Shown: one piece after another, positions 9,186 through 18,408 of the stretch
Layout of the letters: each line of letters begins with the position of its first letter
How positions within the stretch are numbered: the stretch's first letter is position 1
Source: Candidatus Bathyarchaeia archaeon
GTDB lineage: Archaea > Thermoproteota > Bathyarchaeia > Bathyarchaeales > Bathycorpusculaceae
Assembly: GCA_041500425.1 (NCBI GenBank)
Contig: JBGQME010000016.1
Location: 1-45,753 of the forward strand
Direction of reading: 5' to 3'
DNA: 45,753 nucleotides
Program-made: the position numbers and the translations under genes
Notes under the pieces: generated by a model
The model's database searches: none
What the model was told of the DNA's origin: nothing
The model's input: the letters and a program-made list of their open reading frames with translations, nothing else

Positions 9186-9950
9186 ATGGGAAAGAGGATT
9201 CGTGTACAAAGACGCGGGCGCGGTGGATCAACGTTCCGAGCTTCAACTCACAAAAGAGTAGCCCCCGCAAAATACCCCTTAGCAATTAGAGGAAAAGAAT
9301 ACTTCAAGTCCGCAGTCGAAGGTTTCATTGAAGAGCTTGTTCACGACCCAGGAAGAGGAACACCTCTAGCCTTGATCAGATTCGCGAACGGAGAGAAATG
9401 CTACACCGTCGTGCCAGAAGGAGTTTACACAGGCCAACAAATTCAGATCGGCGGAAAGGCATTGGTTGAAGTTGGCAACATACTGCCCATGGGAAAAATC
9501 CCCGAAGGCACTATGATATGCAACATAGAACTGCGCCCAGGAGACGGCGGCAAAATCACCAAGTCCTCAGGAACATACGCCACGGTTGTGACGCACACGC
9601 CTCAAGGAACCATAATCAAGCTACCATCTGGAAAATCAAAATACATAGACGATTACTGCAGGGCTACAATAGGCGTAGTCTCGGGAGCCGGCAGACCCGA
9701 TAAGCCCTTCTTGAAAGCTGGATCGAAGTTCCATCTAATGAGGGCTAGAGGGCGCAAGTATCCAAGAACCCGTGGAAGAGCAATGGTTCCAGCCGTGCAC
9801 CCATTTGGCAGCAGCAAAAGAAGCGCACGGATAGGCACAACAACCTCACACGGAGCTCCACCGGGCCAAAAAGTCGGCTTAATAGCAGCCAGAGGCACAG
9901 GAAGAAAAAAGAAAAGCGCAAGAGCTGCAAGCATAGCAGAAAGTTTATAG
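9186..9950 (+). CDS. rpl2: 50S ribosomal protein L2 (uL2).
   Basis: MGKRIRVQRRGRGGSTFRA... and GRAMVPAVHPFGSS... are hallmarks of uL2. Confidence 0.95.
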   Translation: MGKRIRVQRRGRGGSTFRASTHKRVAPAKYPLAIRGKEYFKSAVEGFIEELVHDPGRGTPLALIRFANGEKCYTVVPEGVYTGQQIQIGGKALVEVGNILPMGKIPEGTMICNIELRPGDGGKITKSSGTYATVVTHTPQGTIIKLPSGKSKYIDDYCRATIGVVSGAGRPDKPFLKAGSKFHLMRARGRKYPRTRGRAMVPAVHPFGSSKRSARIGTTTSHGAPPGQKVGLIAARGTGRKKKSARAASIAESL

Positions 9951-9980
9951 CATCTAAGGTTACCAGTAGGGTGAAGAAGA

Positions 9981-10385
9981 ATGCCGAAAGAATTCGCATA
10001 TCGCGGACACACGCTCGATCAACTGCAAAGTCTCTCAATGGACGAATTCATCAACCTACTTCCATCAAGACAAAGAAGAAGCCTCCATCGTGGCTTCTCT
10101 GCTGAACACAGGATACTACTTGAGAAGATCAGAAAAGCAAGAGAAGAACTCAGACAAGCAGGCACAGCAACAGTCAAGACACACCTGCGCGACATGATCA
10201 TTCTGCCAGAAATGATCGGAGTCACAATATCTGTCCACAACGGCAAAGAATTCGTCCCAGTAGAAATCAAGCCAGAAATGATCGGACACTTCCTAGGCGA
10301 GTTCGCCATTACAAACAAGCCAGTGAGGCATGGAACCCCAGGCATTGGCGCCTCTCGTTCTTCAATGTACGTTCCACTAAAGTAG
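9981..10385 (+). CDS. rps19: 30S ribosomal protein S19 (uS19).
   Basis: 134 aa. ...[45 protein letters not shown] is the S19 signature. Confidence 0.95.
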   Translation: MPKEFAYRGHTLDQLQSLSMDEFINLLPSRQRRSLHRGFSAEHRILLEKIRKAREELRQAGTATVKTHLRDMIILPEMIGVTISVHNGKEFVPVEIKPEMIGHFLGEFAITNKPVRHGTPGIGASRSSMYVPLK

Positions 10386-10401
10386 CTTGCTTTTGCATTT
10401 G

Positions 10402-10827
10402 CTAGGCGCTGTAGTCCATTTTTGAAGTTTTTTCACTGGGTGGTTTAGCTTCTGGGATTTGCGGCAACGGAATCGGTGGGGGTATATTCAAAGCTCTTGA
10501 CACTACTACAGACTCTATGAAAACAACATTGGATATTGACTGCACTATGACTGGTGGCGGAGGCTTCTTCTCCTCATAATCCTTGTAAGCTTTTTCTAGC
10601 TCGTCTTTGTCGCCAGCCACATAAGCCCGTCCTTTCATGCTAAGCTGTGCTATAGAAGGGTTATAGTTGATTGTTAAGACGAAGGGAACTTCCAGCGTAT
10701 CTTCACCCTTCTTTTCCATTCCTACAAGATTTAGATTAGTGTTTATCTGAATTGGCGGGATAGGCTTCCTAATATCCCAAAAACGATCAGCAGAAATATT
10801 CGTTATGGACACGTTTACCCTAAGCAT
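10402..10827 (-). CDS. Hypothetical protein with a proline-rich C-terminus, likely the last gene of the minus-strand superoperon.
   Basis: 141-aa ORF with a 34-nt gap after S27ae on the same strand. I recognise no domain. PPPP and PPPIPLPQIP low-complexity stretches are present. Confidence 0.45.
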   Translation of the reverse strand: MLRVNVSITNISADRFWDIRKPIPPIQINTNLNLVGMEKKGEDTLEVPFVLTINYNPSIAQLSMKGRAYVAGDKDELEKAYKDYEEKKPPPPVIVQSISNVVFIESVVVSRALNIPPPIPLPQIPEAKPPSEKTSKMDYSA

Positions 10828-10861
10828 CTAAATCATCAAAAACATCAAAGCACCGAGTGAT

Positions 10862-11191
10862 TTAAACGTGTTCATTTTCAGCATGCTTGTACCGCGTAAA
10901 CCCACAGTGCCCACAAGTATACCTATTGCCATGATCAGCCATGAAATACCCAGTTCCACACCGCTCACAAATCGGGCGCAGCCTTACAACCTTGTCTTGC
11001 TCAATTTTATACAGTGTGAAAATCTTTTTGTCCTTTTTCTTCTTTTTCTCAGGTTTGGGGGCTTTCTCCGGTTTTTCAGGCTTCTCGGGCGCCACTTCCT
11101 CTTTGGGAGCTTCTTTTGGTGCTTCTTCAGCTTTCTTAGGCGCTTCCTTCTTAGGAGCTTCTTTCTTCGATGCTTCTGCCTTCTTAGACAT
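10862..11191 (-). CDS. rps27ae: 30S ribosomal protein S27ae (eS31) with a Lys/Ala/Pro/Glu-rich repetitive N-terminal extension.
   Basis: The C-terminus has a C4 zinc ribbon CERCGTGYFMADHGNRYTCGHCGFT that matches the eS31 consensus (C..CG.G.FMA.H.DR..CGKCG.T). The N-terminal 50 aa are APKKE/PEKPEK repeats. Confidence 0.8.
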   Translation of the reverse strand: MSKKAEASKKEAPKKEAPKKAEEAPKEAPKEEVAPEKPEKPEKAPKPEKKKKKDKKIFTLYKIEQDKVVRLRPICERCGTGYFMADHGNRYTCGHCGFTRYKHAENEHV

Positions 11192-11192
11192 T

Positions 11193-11504
11193 CTATTCCT
11201 TTACCTCTTCCTTAGGTTTTTCAGGTGGCGCATTTCTTTTGATAATGTACTCCGGTTCAATAAGTTTCGCCTGCTCGACAGAATCGTAGACATTCGCTAT
11301 TCCAGTGGCAATGCGCATTCCTGTCTTCGTTTCAAATCTCTTGATAAAAACCACGTTCTCATCTGTTTTCAACGCGCTGGCAACTGCTTTTCTGATTTCA
11401 AGCCTTGATGGTGTGCTGCCTGCCTGCTCATGCTCAGCCTGGAAAGCAACTTCTGTCCGTTTTAACATGGGATTTTGCTTCTGCGACGTTATTTTGACTT
11501 CCAT
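11193..11504 (-). CDS. rps24e: 30S ribosomal protein S24e (eS24).
   Basis: MEVKITSQKQNPMLKRTEVAFQAEHEQAGSTPSRLEIRKAV... is typical S24e. It abuts S27ae in the conserved archaeal pair. Confidence 0.9.
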   Translation of the reverse strand: MEVKITSQKQNPMLKRTEVAFQAEHEQAGSTPSRLEIRKAVASALKTDENVVFIKRFETKTGMRIATGIANVYDSVEQAKLIEPEYIIKRNAPPEKPKEEVKE

Positions 11505-11546
11505 GGCTTTTCCTCGTACGTGGTGTTGACTTGATGCAACGCCTTC

Positions 11547-12080
11547 TTATTTAGCTTTTCGACCATCTTCCATAGCCTTGAGGATGGCAGCAACCTCCGC
11601 TTTTTTTGCAGTCGTGGCTTTAACGACTACAATGCCCTGATAAGGCTGACCATAAACAACAAGTGAATCTTCTGGCGCATGCACAACAGCAATGAGTGTT
11701 AGCAAATCCTCTTCTCCATCAACAACTATTTTTGTTCGCTTACCAGCCTTCAATGAATCTTGAATTGCCTTGACTGCTTCATCTGTTATCGTTCCTGCAG
11801 GATTCATGACATCGACAGATTTCTCCGTTGCAAGCGAGATTGGCTGAGTTGCCTTCCTCATTGCGATATTGTCTATGACTGTTAGGTTTGGGATTATACT
11901 GCTCTTCACGAGGTTTTTTGAAACAGTATCTCCAACAGCAACAATGCACGGTGGCTTTTCTTCTTCCACAATCTTCTTGAGTCTATTCATTGTCTTAGCA
12001 AAGGAGCCTCGAATAAGGATGCCCAAAGGGTGTTTAAGCTTCATGCGGAGTTCCGGTGTGAGACTGTACGCAACAGACAT
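11547..12080 (-). CDS. GTP-dependent dephospho-CoA kinase (DUF359 / COG1909 family).
   Basis: 177 aa. Conserved motifs CIVAVGDTVSKNL and IVVDGEEDLL. It sits in the conserved Rpo7-Spt4-DUF359-S24e-S27ae neighbourhood. Confidence 0.75.
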   Translation of the reverse strand: MSVAYSLTPELRMKLKHPLGILIRGSFAKTMNRLKKIVEEEKPPCIVAVGDTVSKNLVKSSIIPNLTVIDNIAMRKATQPISLATEKSVDVMNPAGTITDEAVKAIQDSLKAGKRTKIVVDGEEDLLTLIAVVHAPEDSLVVYGQPYQGIVVVKATTAKKAEVAAILKAMEDGRKAK

Positions 12081-12081
12081 C

Positions 12082-12267
12082 TCATCTAACCTTTAGCGCG
12101 TACCGTCCTTTCTCCTTGATATTCATAGCCTTTGCTACAGCTGAGCCTTCAGGTTCAAAAACTATCACCAATCCGCTAAAATCGTCACTCAAGCCTGATG
12201 TCTTACATCTTGGACACACGTTTTCTTTGGTTAGGAAGTGGCATGTCGGGCAGGCCTTTTCGCTCAT
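12082..12267 (-). CDS. spt4: Transcription elongation factor Spt4 (RNA polymerase subunit E'').
   Basis: 61 aa. Zinc ribbon C..C...C..C (CPTCHFLTKENVCPRCK) followed by the Spt4 tail. Conserved position next to Rpo7. Confidence 0.85.
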   Translation of the reverse strand: MSEKACPTCHFLTKENVCPRCKTSGLSDDFSGLVIVFEPEGSAVAKAMNIKEKGRYALKVR

Positions 12268-12881
12268 TGCTGCTCACCTTTCTTCTGAGTTGCTTGCTCT
12301 TTTTTCTCGGGCTTTTCCATTGACTCTTTTATCTTTTGTGTGTCGTATTCGATCCATTCCAGCTTGCCTAGGAAGGGTTGTCTGGCTGTTACACCTATTT
12401 TCCCTGAGCTTCCGGCTCTGCCGAGCGAAACTGCCGTAATTCGCACGCGCACTTGATCCCCGCTCATTAGTTTCCTTTTCGTTTCTTTCCCCAGCAAAAC
12501 GCCTTGCTTTTCATCATAAGAAATGAAGTCATCCATAAGCTGCGAGACATGAAGCAAGGCATCAATCGGTCCTATACGTACGAAAGCTCCGAAATCGGCA
12601 ATCTCCACAACTTCCCCTTCTACTACTTCTTGAATTTTGGGATAGAATGTTAACAACGAAAAAGTCACTTTGTGGTAGGTGGCACCATCCCCTGGAATTA
12701 TCTTTCCAGTGGGGCTTACTTTCACGTTGGCTACAGCTATGACATAGCCTAATTCTTCGCTGACTACGCCTTCATACTTTGCTTTAACCTGCTGGTGTCC
12801 GACCGCTTCGAGGGGATTACCGAAGGTTTCAGGCGGAATGCGTATCGTGTCTTCCAAGGTTATAAGTTTAAACAGGGTCAT
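12264..12881 (-). CDS. rpoE: DNA-directed RNA polymerase subunit E' (Rpo7), S1 domain.
   Basis: 205 aa. The N-terminal Rpo7 fold and a C-terminal S1-like domain (GEVVEIADFGAFVRIGPIDALLHVSQL) are present. The start overlaps the PIN gene by 4 nt. Confidence 0.9.
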   Translation of the reverse strand: MTLFKLITLEDTIRIPPETFGNPLEAVGHQQVKAKYEGVVSEELGYVIAVANVKVSPTGKIIPGDGATYHKVTFSLLTFYPKIQEVVEGEVVEIADFGAFVRIGPIDALLHVSQLMDDFISYDEKQGVLLGKETKRKLMSGDQVRVRITAVSLGRAGSSGKIGVTARQPFLGKLEWIEYDTQKIKESMEKPEKKEQATQKKGEQQ

Positions 12882-13336
12882 AACCTCCCGTCAATCTCTA
12901 AATGAGACTTTTGCCTCACATAAATAACTGGCACATTTATATCTCTTAGCCTCCTCCTGAGCAACCTGTCATTCGTGAATACTGGGCAATCCCACTCACG
13001 AGCCACTTTAAGAATGATGTCGTCTGCAGAAAGATTGCCTTCATCGACTTCAACCAACTTGCATTTCTCAGCAAGCTGCAAAGCGTAAGCCGCATTCTTC
13101 CGCATCTTAGGTGACCCTTCCCGCACAAGCTTTTCGACTTCTTGCCTAACGGGCGAAAGCAACACTGGCTCAAAACTCTTGTTCAATAGTACTTTTAGTT
13201 CACCGAAAATGTCTAGCTTGAACTGAAGCGGGACAAAAAAGGCGTTTGAATCTAGAACTACTCTCATGCTTCTTTTAATAGAGCTGGGTGAGTCTGCCAT
13301 GTTCACTTTATCATTCCGTACCCTATGAGTCTCCAT
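12878..13336 (-). CDS. PIN-domain protein (COG1412 / Fcf1-like) of the conserved aIF2g-PIN-Rpo7 cluster.
   Basis: MRVVLDSNAFF... is a PIN N-terminal motif. The true start is probably the internal Met at 13300 (MADSPSS...), 2 nt after the aIF2-gamma stop, rather than 13336 which overlaps it. Confidence 0.8.
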   Translation of the reverse strand: METHRVRNDKVNMADSPSSIKRSMRVVLDSNAFFVPLQFKLDIFGELKVLLNKSFEPVLLSPVRQEVEKLVREGSPKMRKNAAYALQLAEKCKLVEVDEGNLSADDIILKVAREWDCPVFTNDRLLRRRLRDINVPVIYVRQKSHLEIDGRL

Positions 13337-14553
13337 CTACCTGCAATCTTTCTGCTCAAAGCAACTCTAGAACCCGCCTGCGCACAGACTGGTCTGGTGA
13401 GCTTCATCAACACCGTGTCCTTCCTAACTGAGGTCACCTTGCCAATAGTTATTGCAGCACCAACGTGTAGGAGCAAGGTTTCATTCATGCTCACCTCTTC
13501 AATTTTTGCCAACTCTTTTGTTCCAACCGCTTGCTCCAAAACATGTGGCTCCATCGTCAGCTCGGACAATGTAGGAGGAAGCATGCCCGCCTTTCCAACG
13601 ATGTTTCCGATTAGGCCATCTGCCTTTGAACACGATGGATCCAGAAGAGTTCCTACGCCTACCAATCCACCACAATGAGCTTCATCCACGTCCTTGCCTC
13701 CAGCATGCAAGCTGACAATCTCGCTGAAAAGAGGAGTGTAGGTGTTCCTTCCTTCCTTTTCCGCGACCAATCCCGGACGAATCTCCAACTCATCTCCAAC
13801 CGAAAACTTCCCTTCCAGTATCGTGCCTCCAATGACCCCTCCTTCCAACTTCTCAATTTGAGTACCAGGTTTGTTGACGTCAAACGAGCGAACAATATAC
13901 ATCAACGGAGGCTTTGTTTCATCCCTCTTTGGCGTAGGCATAAATTCCTCCATTGCTTGCAGAAGGACGTCTATGTTCACGCGGCGTTGTGCTGAAATAG
14001 GGACTATGGGCGCATCTTCTGCCACCGTTCCCTTAACGAATCCCTTGATCTCCTCGTAGCTCTTGTGAGCCCTTTTTTCGTCAACTATATCAACCTTGTT
14101 TTGGGCAATGACAATATTCTTTATTCCGATAACATCTGTAGCGGCTAGGTGTTCCCTTGTTTGAGGTTGGGGGCATGGTTCGTCTGCCGCTATTACAAGT
14201 ATTGCTCCATCCATTATTGCTGCGCCTGAAAGCATTGTTGCCATCAACGCTTCATGACCTGGGGCATCAACAAAACTGATTGCTCGGACGAAAGTTGCTT
14301 TTGAACCGCAGTTGGGACAGGTTGGCTGTGTAGAATAGTTTTTAGGTGGCTTACAACTGAGGCATTTGTAGATTGGCATGTCCGCGTAGCCTAGCTTTAT
14401 CGTGATGCCTCTTTTCAACTCTTCACTGTGTCTCGATGCCCAAACACCTGTCAATGCTTGCACTAGCGTCGTCTTGCCATGGTCAACATGACCCATGGTA
14501 CCAATATTCACTTCAGGCTGCTTCGGTAGAGCCTTACTCTTTTCGCTACTCAT
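13303..14553 (-). CDS. eif2g: Translation initiation factor 2 subunit gamma (aIF2-gamma).
   Basis: 416 aa. G1 motif GHVDHGKTTL. Zinc knuckle CLSCKPP...CPNCGS. EF-Tu-like domains. Confidence 0.95.
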   Translation of the reverse strand: MSSEKSKALPKQPEVNIGTMGHVDHGKTTLVQALTGVWASRHSEELKRGITIKLGYADMPIYKCLSCKPPKNYSTQPTCPNCGSKATFVRAISFVDAPGHEALMATMLSGAAIMDGAILVIAADEPCPQPQTREHLAATDVIGIKNIVIAQNKVDIVDEKRAHKSYEEIKGFVKGTVAEDAPIVPISAQRRVNIDVLLQAMEEFMPTPKRDETKPPLMYIVRSFDVNKPGTQIEKLEGGVIGGTILEGKFSVGDELEIRPGLVAEKEGRNTYTPLFSEIVSLHAGGKDVDEAHCGGLVGVGTLLDPSCSKADGLIGNIVGKAGMLPPTLSELTMEPHVLEQAVGTKELAKIEEVSMNETLLLHVGAAITIGKVTSVRKDTVLMKLTRPVCAQAGSRVALSRKIAGRWRLIGYGMIK

Positions 14554-14629
14554 TCCACATTTTCCCGTTAATTCTTACAAATTATTGAAACGATTAAACT
14601 ATGCAAGTTAATAAGTTTTGACCCCATTA

Positions 14630-15076
14630 TCACGCGGTCTTGGTTGCCGTTGAAGCTTCTTTTTCAGCCTCTTTCTGAGAGGGCTCCTCTTTCTTTTCCT
14701 TTGCTTTCTTGCCTTCCTTCGCCTTCTTTGCCTTCTCCACAATTTTCAAATTTATCTGCACAATCTCGTCTGTTATTACATCGCCTCGGACTGTCTTGCG
14801 TTTTCTCATGCCTTCGTTTGTAGGGTTGAAGCCGACCCCGCCACTCAACATTACTCTCCGCCTGACGCCTCCATGAACGTTTGGCCTCATTGGGAAGCCA
14901 TCCTTGTCTGAACCACCCGTGATCTGGATCTTATGTCCAGCCAGATCCACAACAGACCCGTCTATTATTTCTCCAATCCTTTTCCCGATCAGAGGCATGG
15001 CTCGCGTTTCTTCGAGCTCAACTACCTTTGAAGTTCCTTCTTCCGGGTCTGATACGATTATTTTGAATTTAGCCAT
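14630..15076 (-). CDS. rps6e: 30S ribosomal protein S6e (eS6).
   Basis: MAKFKIIVSDPEEGTSKVVELEE... and GFPMRPNVHGGVRRRVMLSGGVGF are typical S6e. It has a Lys-rich tail. Confidence 0.9.
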   Translation of the reverse strand: MAKFKIIVSDPEEGTSKVVELEETRAMPLIGKRIGEIIDGSVVDLAGHKIQITGGSDKDGFPMRPNVHGGVRRRVMLSGGVGFNPTNEGMRKRKTVRGDVITDEIVQINLKIVEKAKKAKEGKKAKEKKEEPSQKEAEKEASTATKTA

Positions 15077-15179
15077 TGATGATGAACGCTCCAGTGGTGT
15101 TTATGAAAGTTGAGCATCTCTCTATTAAGGATTTATGAGGGTAAAGCTTTTAATTCTGCCGTGAAGTCGTTTTCTGGCT

Positions 15180-16391
15180 ATGTGGCGGCTAGGATTCTTC
15201 TTCCACGAAATGGGGTTCGGTCTGCTGTCGATTTTCCTACCATTGTATATTGTGAACATTGGAGGATCATTAGTAGATATTGGGACAATGGCTGCGGCTG
15301 CCCTATTTGTGGCGATACCAGCCTCGTTCCTCTGGGGTTATATGTGCGACAAGACAAGACATTACAAGCGTTACATTCTATTTTCATTTCTAACATCCGC
15401 CATTCTGCTTTACCTATTTACTTTAACGCGGAACGTGAGTATGTTGGTTCTGCTCTATGCAATTATGTCCTTTCTGCATATGGCTCATGAACCGCCAAAA
15501 AACGTTCTGATAGCTGAACTCTATTCCCGACAAGATTGGGAACGATCGTTTGCCTTCTATGAAGGTTTCACCGAGATTGGATGGCTGATCGGATTGGTTC
15601 TGGGGTTTCTAACGGCAACTTATGCAGTCCCCGAGGTTTCCACGCTTTTGCTGTGTGGTATCTTGAATCTGGTGGCCTTTGGTTTGTCTCTGATGTTGGT
15701 GGCTGATCCTCTTCTCGTTTTTGAAAGAAGCCTCGTGACCATAGAAAAGTCAATAGACTTCGCGTCCCATGGGGTTTTCTTGGCGTCAAGAATGCTTGGT
15801 GGGTTAAGTGTAAATGAGAAGCTGACGAGAGAAAATTTGCGCGCTTTTTGCGCTGGTCTAATTCTTTTTTCATTGGCCACGAGCATTCTCTTCACTCCAA
15901 TGCCGATCTTCGTCTCTCAGATTGTAAATGAAGCTGCTCTTCCTTCAAGCCTCGTCTTTGCCATATTTGTCTTGAACTCGGGTGGAGCAGTCATGGGTTA
16001 TGCTCTAGCGGCGAAGAGGTCAAGCCAGCGAGCAGAAAAAACCCATGTCGCGCGTGTTGTTCTGTTCCGAAGCTCACTTTCTTTCATTCTGTTGTTGATT
16101 TTAGCCGTCCAAAGTCCAATGTATAACGTGATGCTGACGACAGCAATCTTGATCTTGATGGGTTTTGCTTATGCTTCGTTCCTCGTTTACACGCTTTCGC
16201 TTTCTATGGAACTCATACCATCGGGAAAGGCAGGCTTATTCAATGTTCTCATAGGCATAGGCGGCGCGTGCGGCTCTTTTGTCGGACCATTCATCGCCTC
16301 GCAAACATTCGGTTTCGAAGCAGTTTTCATCACTGCTGGCGTGACTTTCCTAGTGGCGTACCTCGCGTTCAAAATCTTTGTGCAAAGCTAA
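15180..16391 (+). CDS. Major facilitator superfamily (MFS) transporter.
   Basis: 403 aa. About 12 predicted TM helices. The 6+6 topology has a basic loop in the middle. Confidence 0.8.
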   Translation: MWRLGFFFHEMGFGLLSIFLPLYIVNIGGSLVDIGTMAAAALFVAIPASFLWGYMCDKTRHYKRYILFSFLTSAILLYLFTLTRNVSMLVLLYAIMSFLHMAHEPPKNVLIAELYSRQDWERSFAFYEGFTEIGWLIGLVLGFLTATYAVPEVSTLLLCGILNLVAFGLSLMLVADPLLVFERSLVTIEKSIDFASHGVFLASRMLGGLSVNEKLTRENLRAFCAGLILFSLATSILFTPMPIFVSQIVNEAALPSSLVFAIFVLNSGGAVMGYALAAKRSSQRAEKTHVARVVLFRSSLSFILLLILAVQSPMYNVMLTTAILILMGFAYASFLVYTLSLSMELIPSGKAGLFNVLIGIGGACGSFVGPFIASQTFGFEAVFITAGVTFLVAYLAFKIFVQS

Positions 16392-16488
16392 TCGAGCTTA
16401 TTCTTGTGGTATCGTTTGGCTGAAGTCATTTAGTACAAGGATAGGGTAGGATTTATCTGCAGAAAAAGGAAAGGGATTGTTGCTTCCG

Positions 16489-17934
16489 CTATTCCACGTG
16501 CACTCTGAATAGGTCTATGTCTTCTCGCATTTGGGGCGTTGCTTCAAGAAAGTCTCTGACCGCACGCTCAAGGTCCTTTGACTGTGTCACATACCTTCCA
16601 ACAATTATTATGTCTGCACCTTTCTGCAGTGCTTCTTTAGCTGTTTCTGGAACTATTCCGCCCGCAACCGCGACTAGGAATTTCTTGCCTTTGAAGGTTT
16701 GCCGCATTTCTTGAATGAGATCCAGTCCGAGTGTTCTCCCTGTTTCTTGATCTATTCCTCTGTGCAGTATGACTATGTCCGGAAACTCTTTGACCGTTTT
16801 GAGCTTTTTGATCGGATCCTCTACATTCAGCATGTCCACAACAGCATAAATTCCCAGTCTCTTCGCTTCATGAATGAACGAGTCCAACGTTTCAGCAGGT
16901 GCAAGGCCAGCAGCCACAACAGCATCTGCAGTCTCATCATAAGCCAAGTCTACCTCAACTTTTCCAACATCCAAGGTTTTCAAGTCAGCCACAACAAACA
17001 GGTCTTTGGAAACCTGCCTCAGGTCATTTATCACCCTTGTTCCATATCTTTTAATGAGCGGCGTGCCAACTTCAAGTATTATTCTGTCACTCCCAGGCAA
17101 CTGTTCGATGACTTTCTTAGCTCTCTCCAAATCCGGATTATCAAGCGCGATCTGAAGATACGGTGGCCTCCATAGGCGAGGCACCTTGAATCCCATTATC
17201 GGATGCTTAGCCCTATCCTTGTCATAGAATATCTTTTCCAGCGTCGGATACTTTGACATTGCCCTCTTCAACGCAAGTTTTGTGGCGCTATAATTATAAT
17301 GATAGATCTTCCGGAAATCCGCTGCCTGTGGATGGATGAAAACGCTGCACACGATGACCCAATCATCTGCCTTGTCCTGTGGAATGATTTCTTCTTCTAC
17401 GGCATCAGCGACAGCTTTCGCTACGGCCGCCTGGGCTGGCCCGAAGATCTTTCCCACATCTTCAAAATTCTTCACGGTGACTTTTGGCACAAGCAAAGTA
17501 TGAGGCTTTGGCGGAAGATTAGGTCTTATGACCGCAAGCAGTGGCGTGTGTCCCACGGAAAGATTAGACATACCTACAGCAAAAGCCTCTCCAACCGGAC
17601 CGCATTTGTCGCCCATCAGGAGGTCTATGTGTGCGACCTCGTTGCCTTCTCCGACAAGTGCCTCACCAATCAAGTAAACCTTTCCAGATGATTCGGCAAT
17701 CTTGCCTTCGCATGCTGTCGGCACTGTGTCTGCTATCTCTTTGAAGTCGACATTAAACTCTCTGAGCCACGTGTGCAGAGTATCTCTGTGTATGTTGAGA
17801 ACCTCAGCTGTTCCAGAGACCGTCGGCTTGCTCCTTGGAGGACCACGGGGTTCGCTAGCTTTCTTTGCTGCTTCCGTGAGAAGCGTGACGAGTTCTTCTT
17901 TTGTCTGCGGTTTTTTAAGGTCATGCTCCGACAC
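16489..17934 (-). CDS. Bifunctional formaldehyde-activating enzyme / 3-hexulose-6-phosphate synthase (Fae-Hps fusion) with an N-terminal HTH-like extension.
   Basis: The central region GKVYLIGEALVGEGNEVAHIDLLMGDKCGPVGEAF matches Fae. The C-terminal region LQIALDNPDL...ADLKTLDVG...KGADIIIVGRYVT matches the Hps/KGPDC TIM barrel. The first roughly 80 aa contain the HTH-like segment TVSGTAEVLNIHRDTLHTWLREF. Confidence 0.85.
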   Translation of the reverse strand: MSEHDLKKPQTKEELVTLLTEAAKKASEPRGPPRSKPTVSGTAEVLNIHRDTLHTWLREFNVDFKEIADTVPTACEGKIAESSGKVYLIGEALVGEGNEVAHIDLLMGDKCGPVGEAFAVGMSNLSVGHTPLLAVIRPNLPPKPHTLLVPKVTVKNFEDVGKIFGPAQAAVAKAVADAVEEEIIPQDKADDWVIVCSVFIHPQAADFRKIYHYNYSATKLALKRAMSKYPTLEKIFYDKDRAKHPIMGFKVPRLWRPPYLQIALDNPDLERAKKVIEQLPGSDRIILEVGTPLIKRYGTRVINDLRQVSKDLFVVADLKTLDVGKVEVDLAYDETADAVVAAGLAPAETLDSFIHEAKRLGIYAVVDMLNVEDPIKKLKTVKEFPDIVILHRGIDQETGRTLGLDLIQEMRQTFKGKKFLVAVAGGIVPETAKEALQKGADIIIVGRYVTQSKDLERAVRDFLEATPQMREDIDLFRVHVE

Positions 17935-18228
17935 TTTGCTTCACCTAGGATAGGTAGACTGTGAATCTTCTATATAAGAGTGTCGGATTGTGCCCAAGAA
18001 TGAGAGATTTGGCACTTGGTCTCTGTGAGGTGCTGTCGGATTGTGACTCTGTTGTGGGGGATTCCGACAATCGTTTTCTGTTCTCGCATGGATTTGGAGT
18101 GCTTTCCGCCCTTGTCTGTCGAGGTCATTGTGATTCTGAAGTCGGCGTATTACTGTTTGCTGGATTATCGGTAAGCCTATATACCTTGAGAACCATTAAC
18201 CGCTTGAAATCTGGTTGGGTGGTATCTG

Positions 18229-18408
18229 GTGTCTTGGAAAGATCTAGTCTGTCTGATTATAGCACTTGTTGGCGTAGCTCTGTTCTTGTACGGTAGCAAC
18301 GTCTATGATGCAATGTTTGGGTGGAGCGGCTTATCCCTGATAGCCGTGGGTTTGATTGCCGAATTGTTCTTGGGAGCATATGAGGCTTTAAGAAAAAGGG
18401 GAAGTTGA
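18229..18408 (+). CDS. Possible small two-TM membrane protein (59 aa, GTG start).
   Basis: Hand translation gives VSWKDLVCLIIALVGVALFLYGSNVYDAMFGWSGLSLIAVGLIAELFLGAYEALRKRGS*. Two clean hydrophobic helices end in a basic tail. It is below the track cutoff and uses a non-ATG start, so the call is weak. Confidence 0.3.
   Translation: MSWKDLVCLIIALVGVALFLYGSNVYDAMFGWSGLSLIAVGLIAELFLGAYEALRKRGS

Noticed and set aside
13303-13336. 34-nt overlap between the PIN gene start (13336) and the aIF2-gamma stop.
   Set aside because: It is probably not a real overlap. An in-frame Met at 13300 (MADSPSS...) gives a 2-nt spacing and is the more likely start. It is kept as an annotation note rather than a finding.
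17961-18296. Cys-rich 111-aa ORF 17961..18296(+).
   Set aside because: The composition (runs of L/S/C/V/G) is non-protein-like. It has no motif and no conservation with anything else in the window. A short two-TM ORF in another frame (18229..18408) is listed instead, with low confidence.
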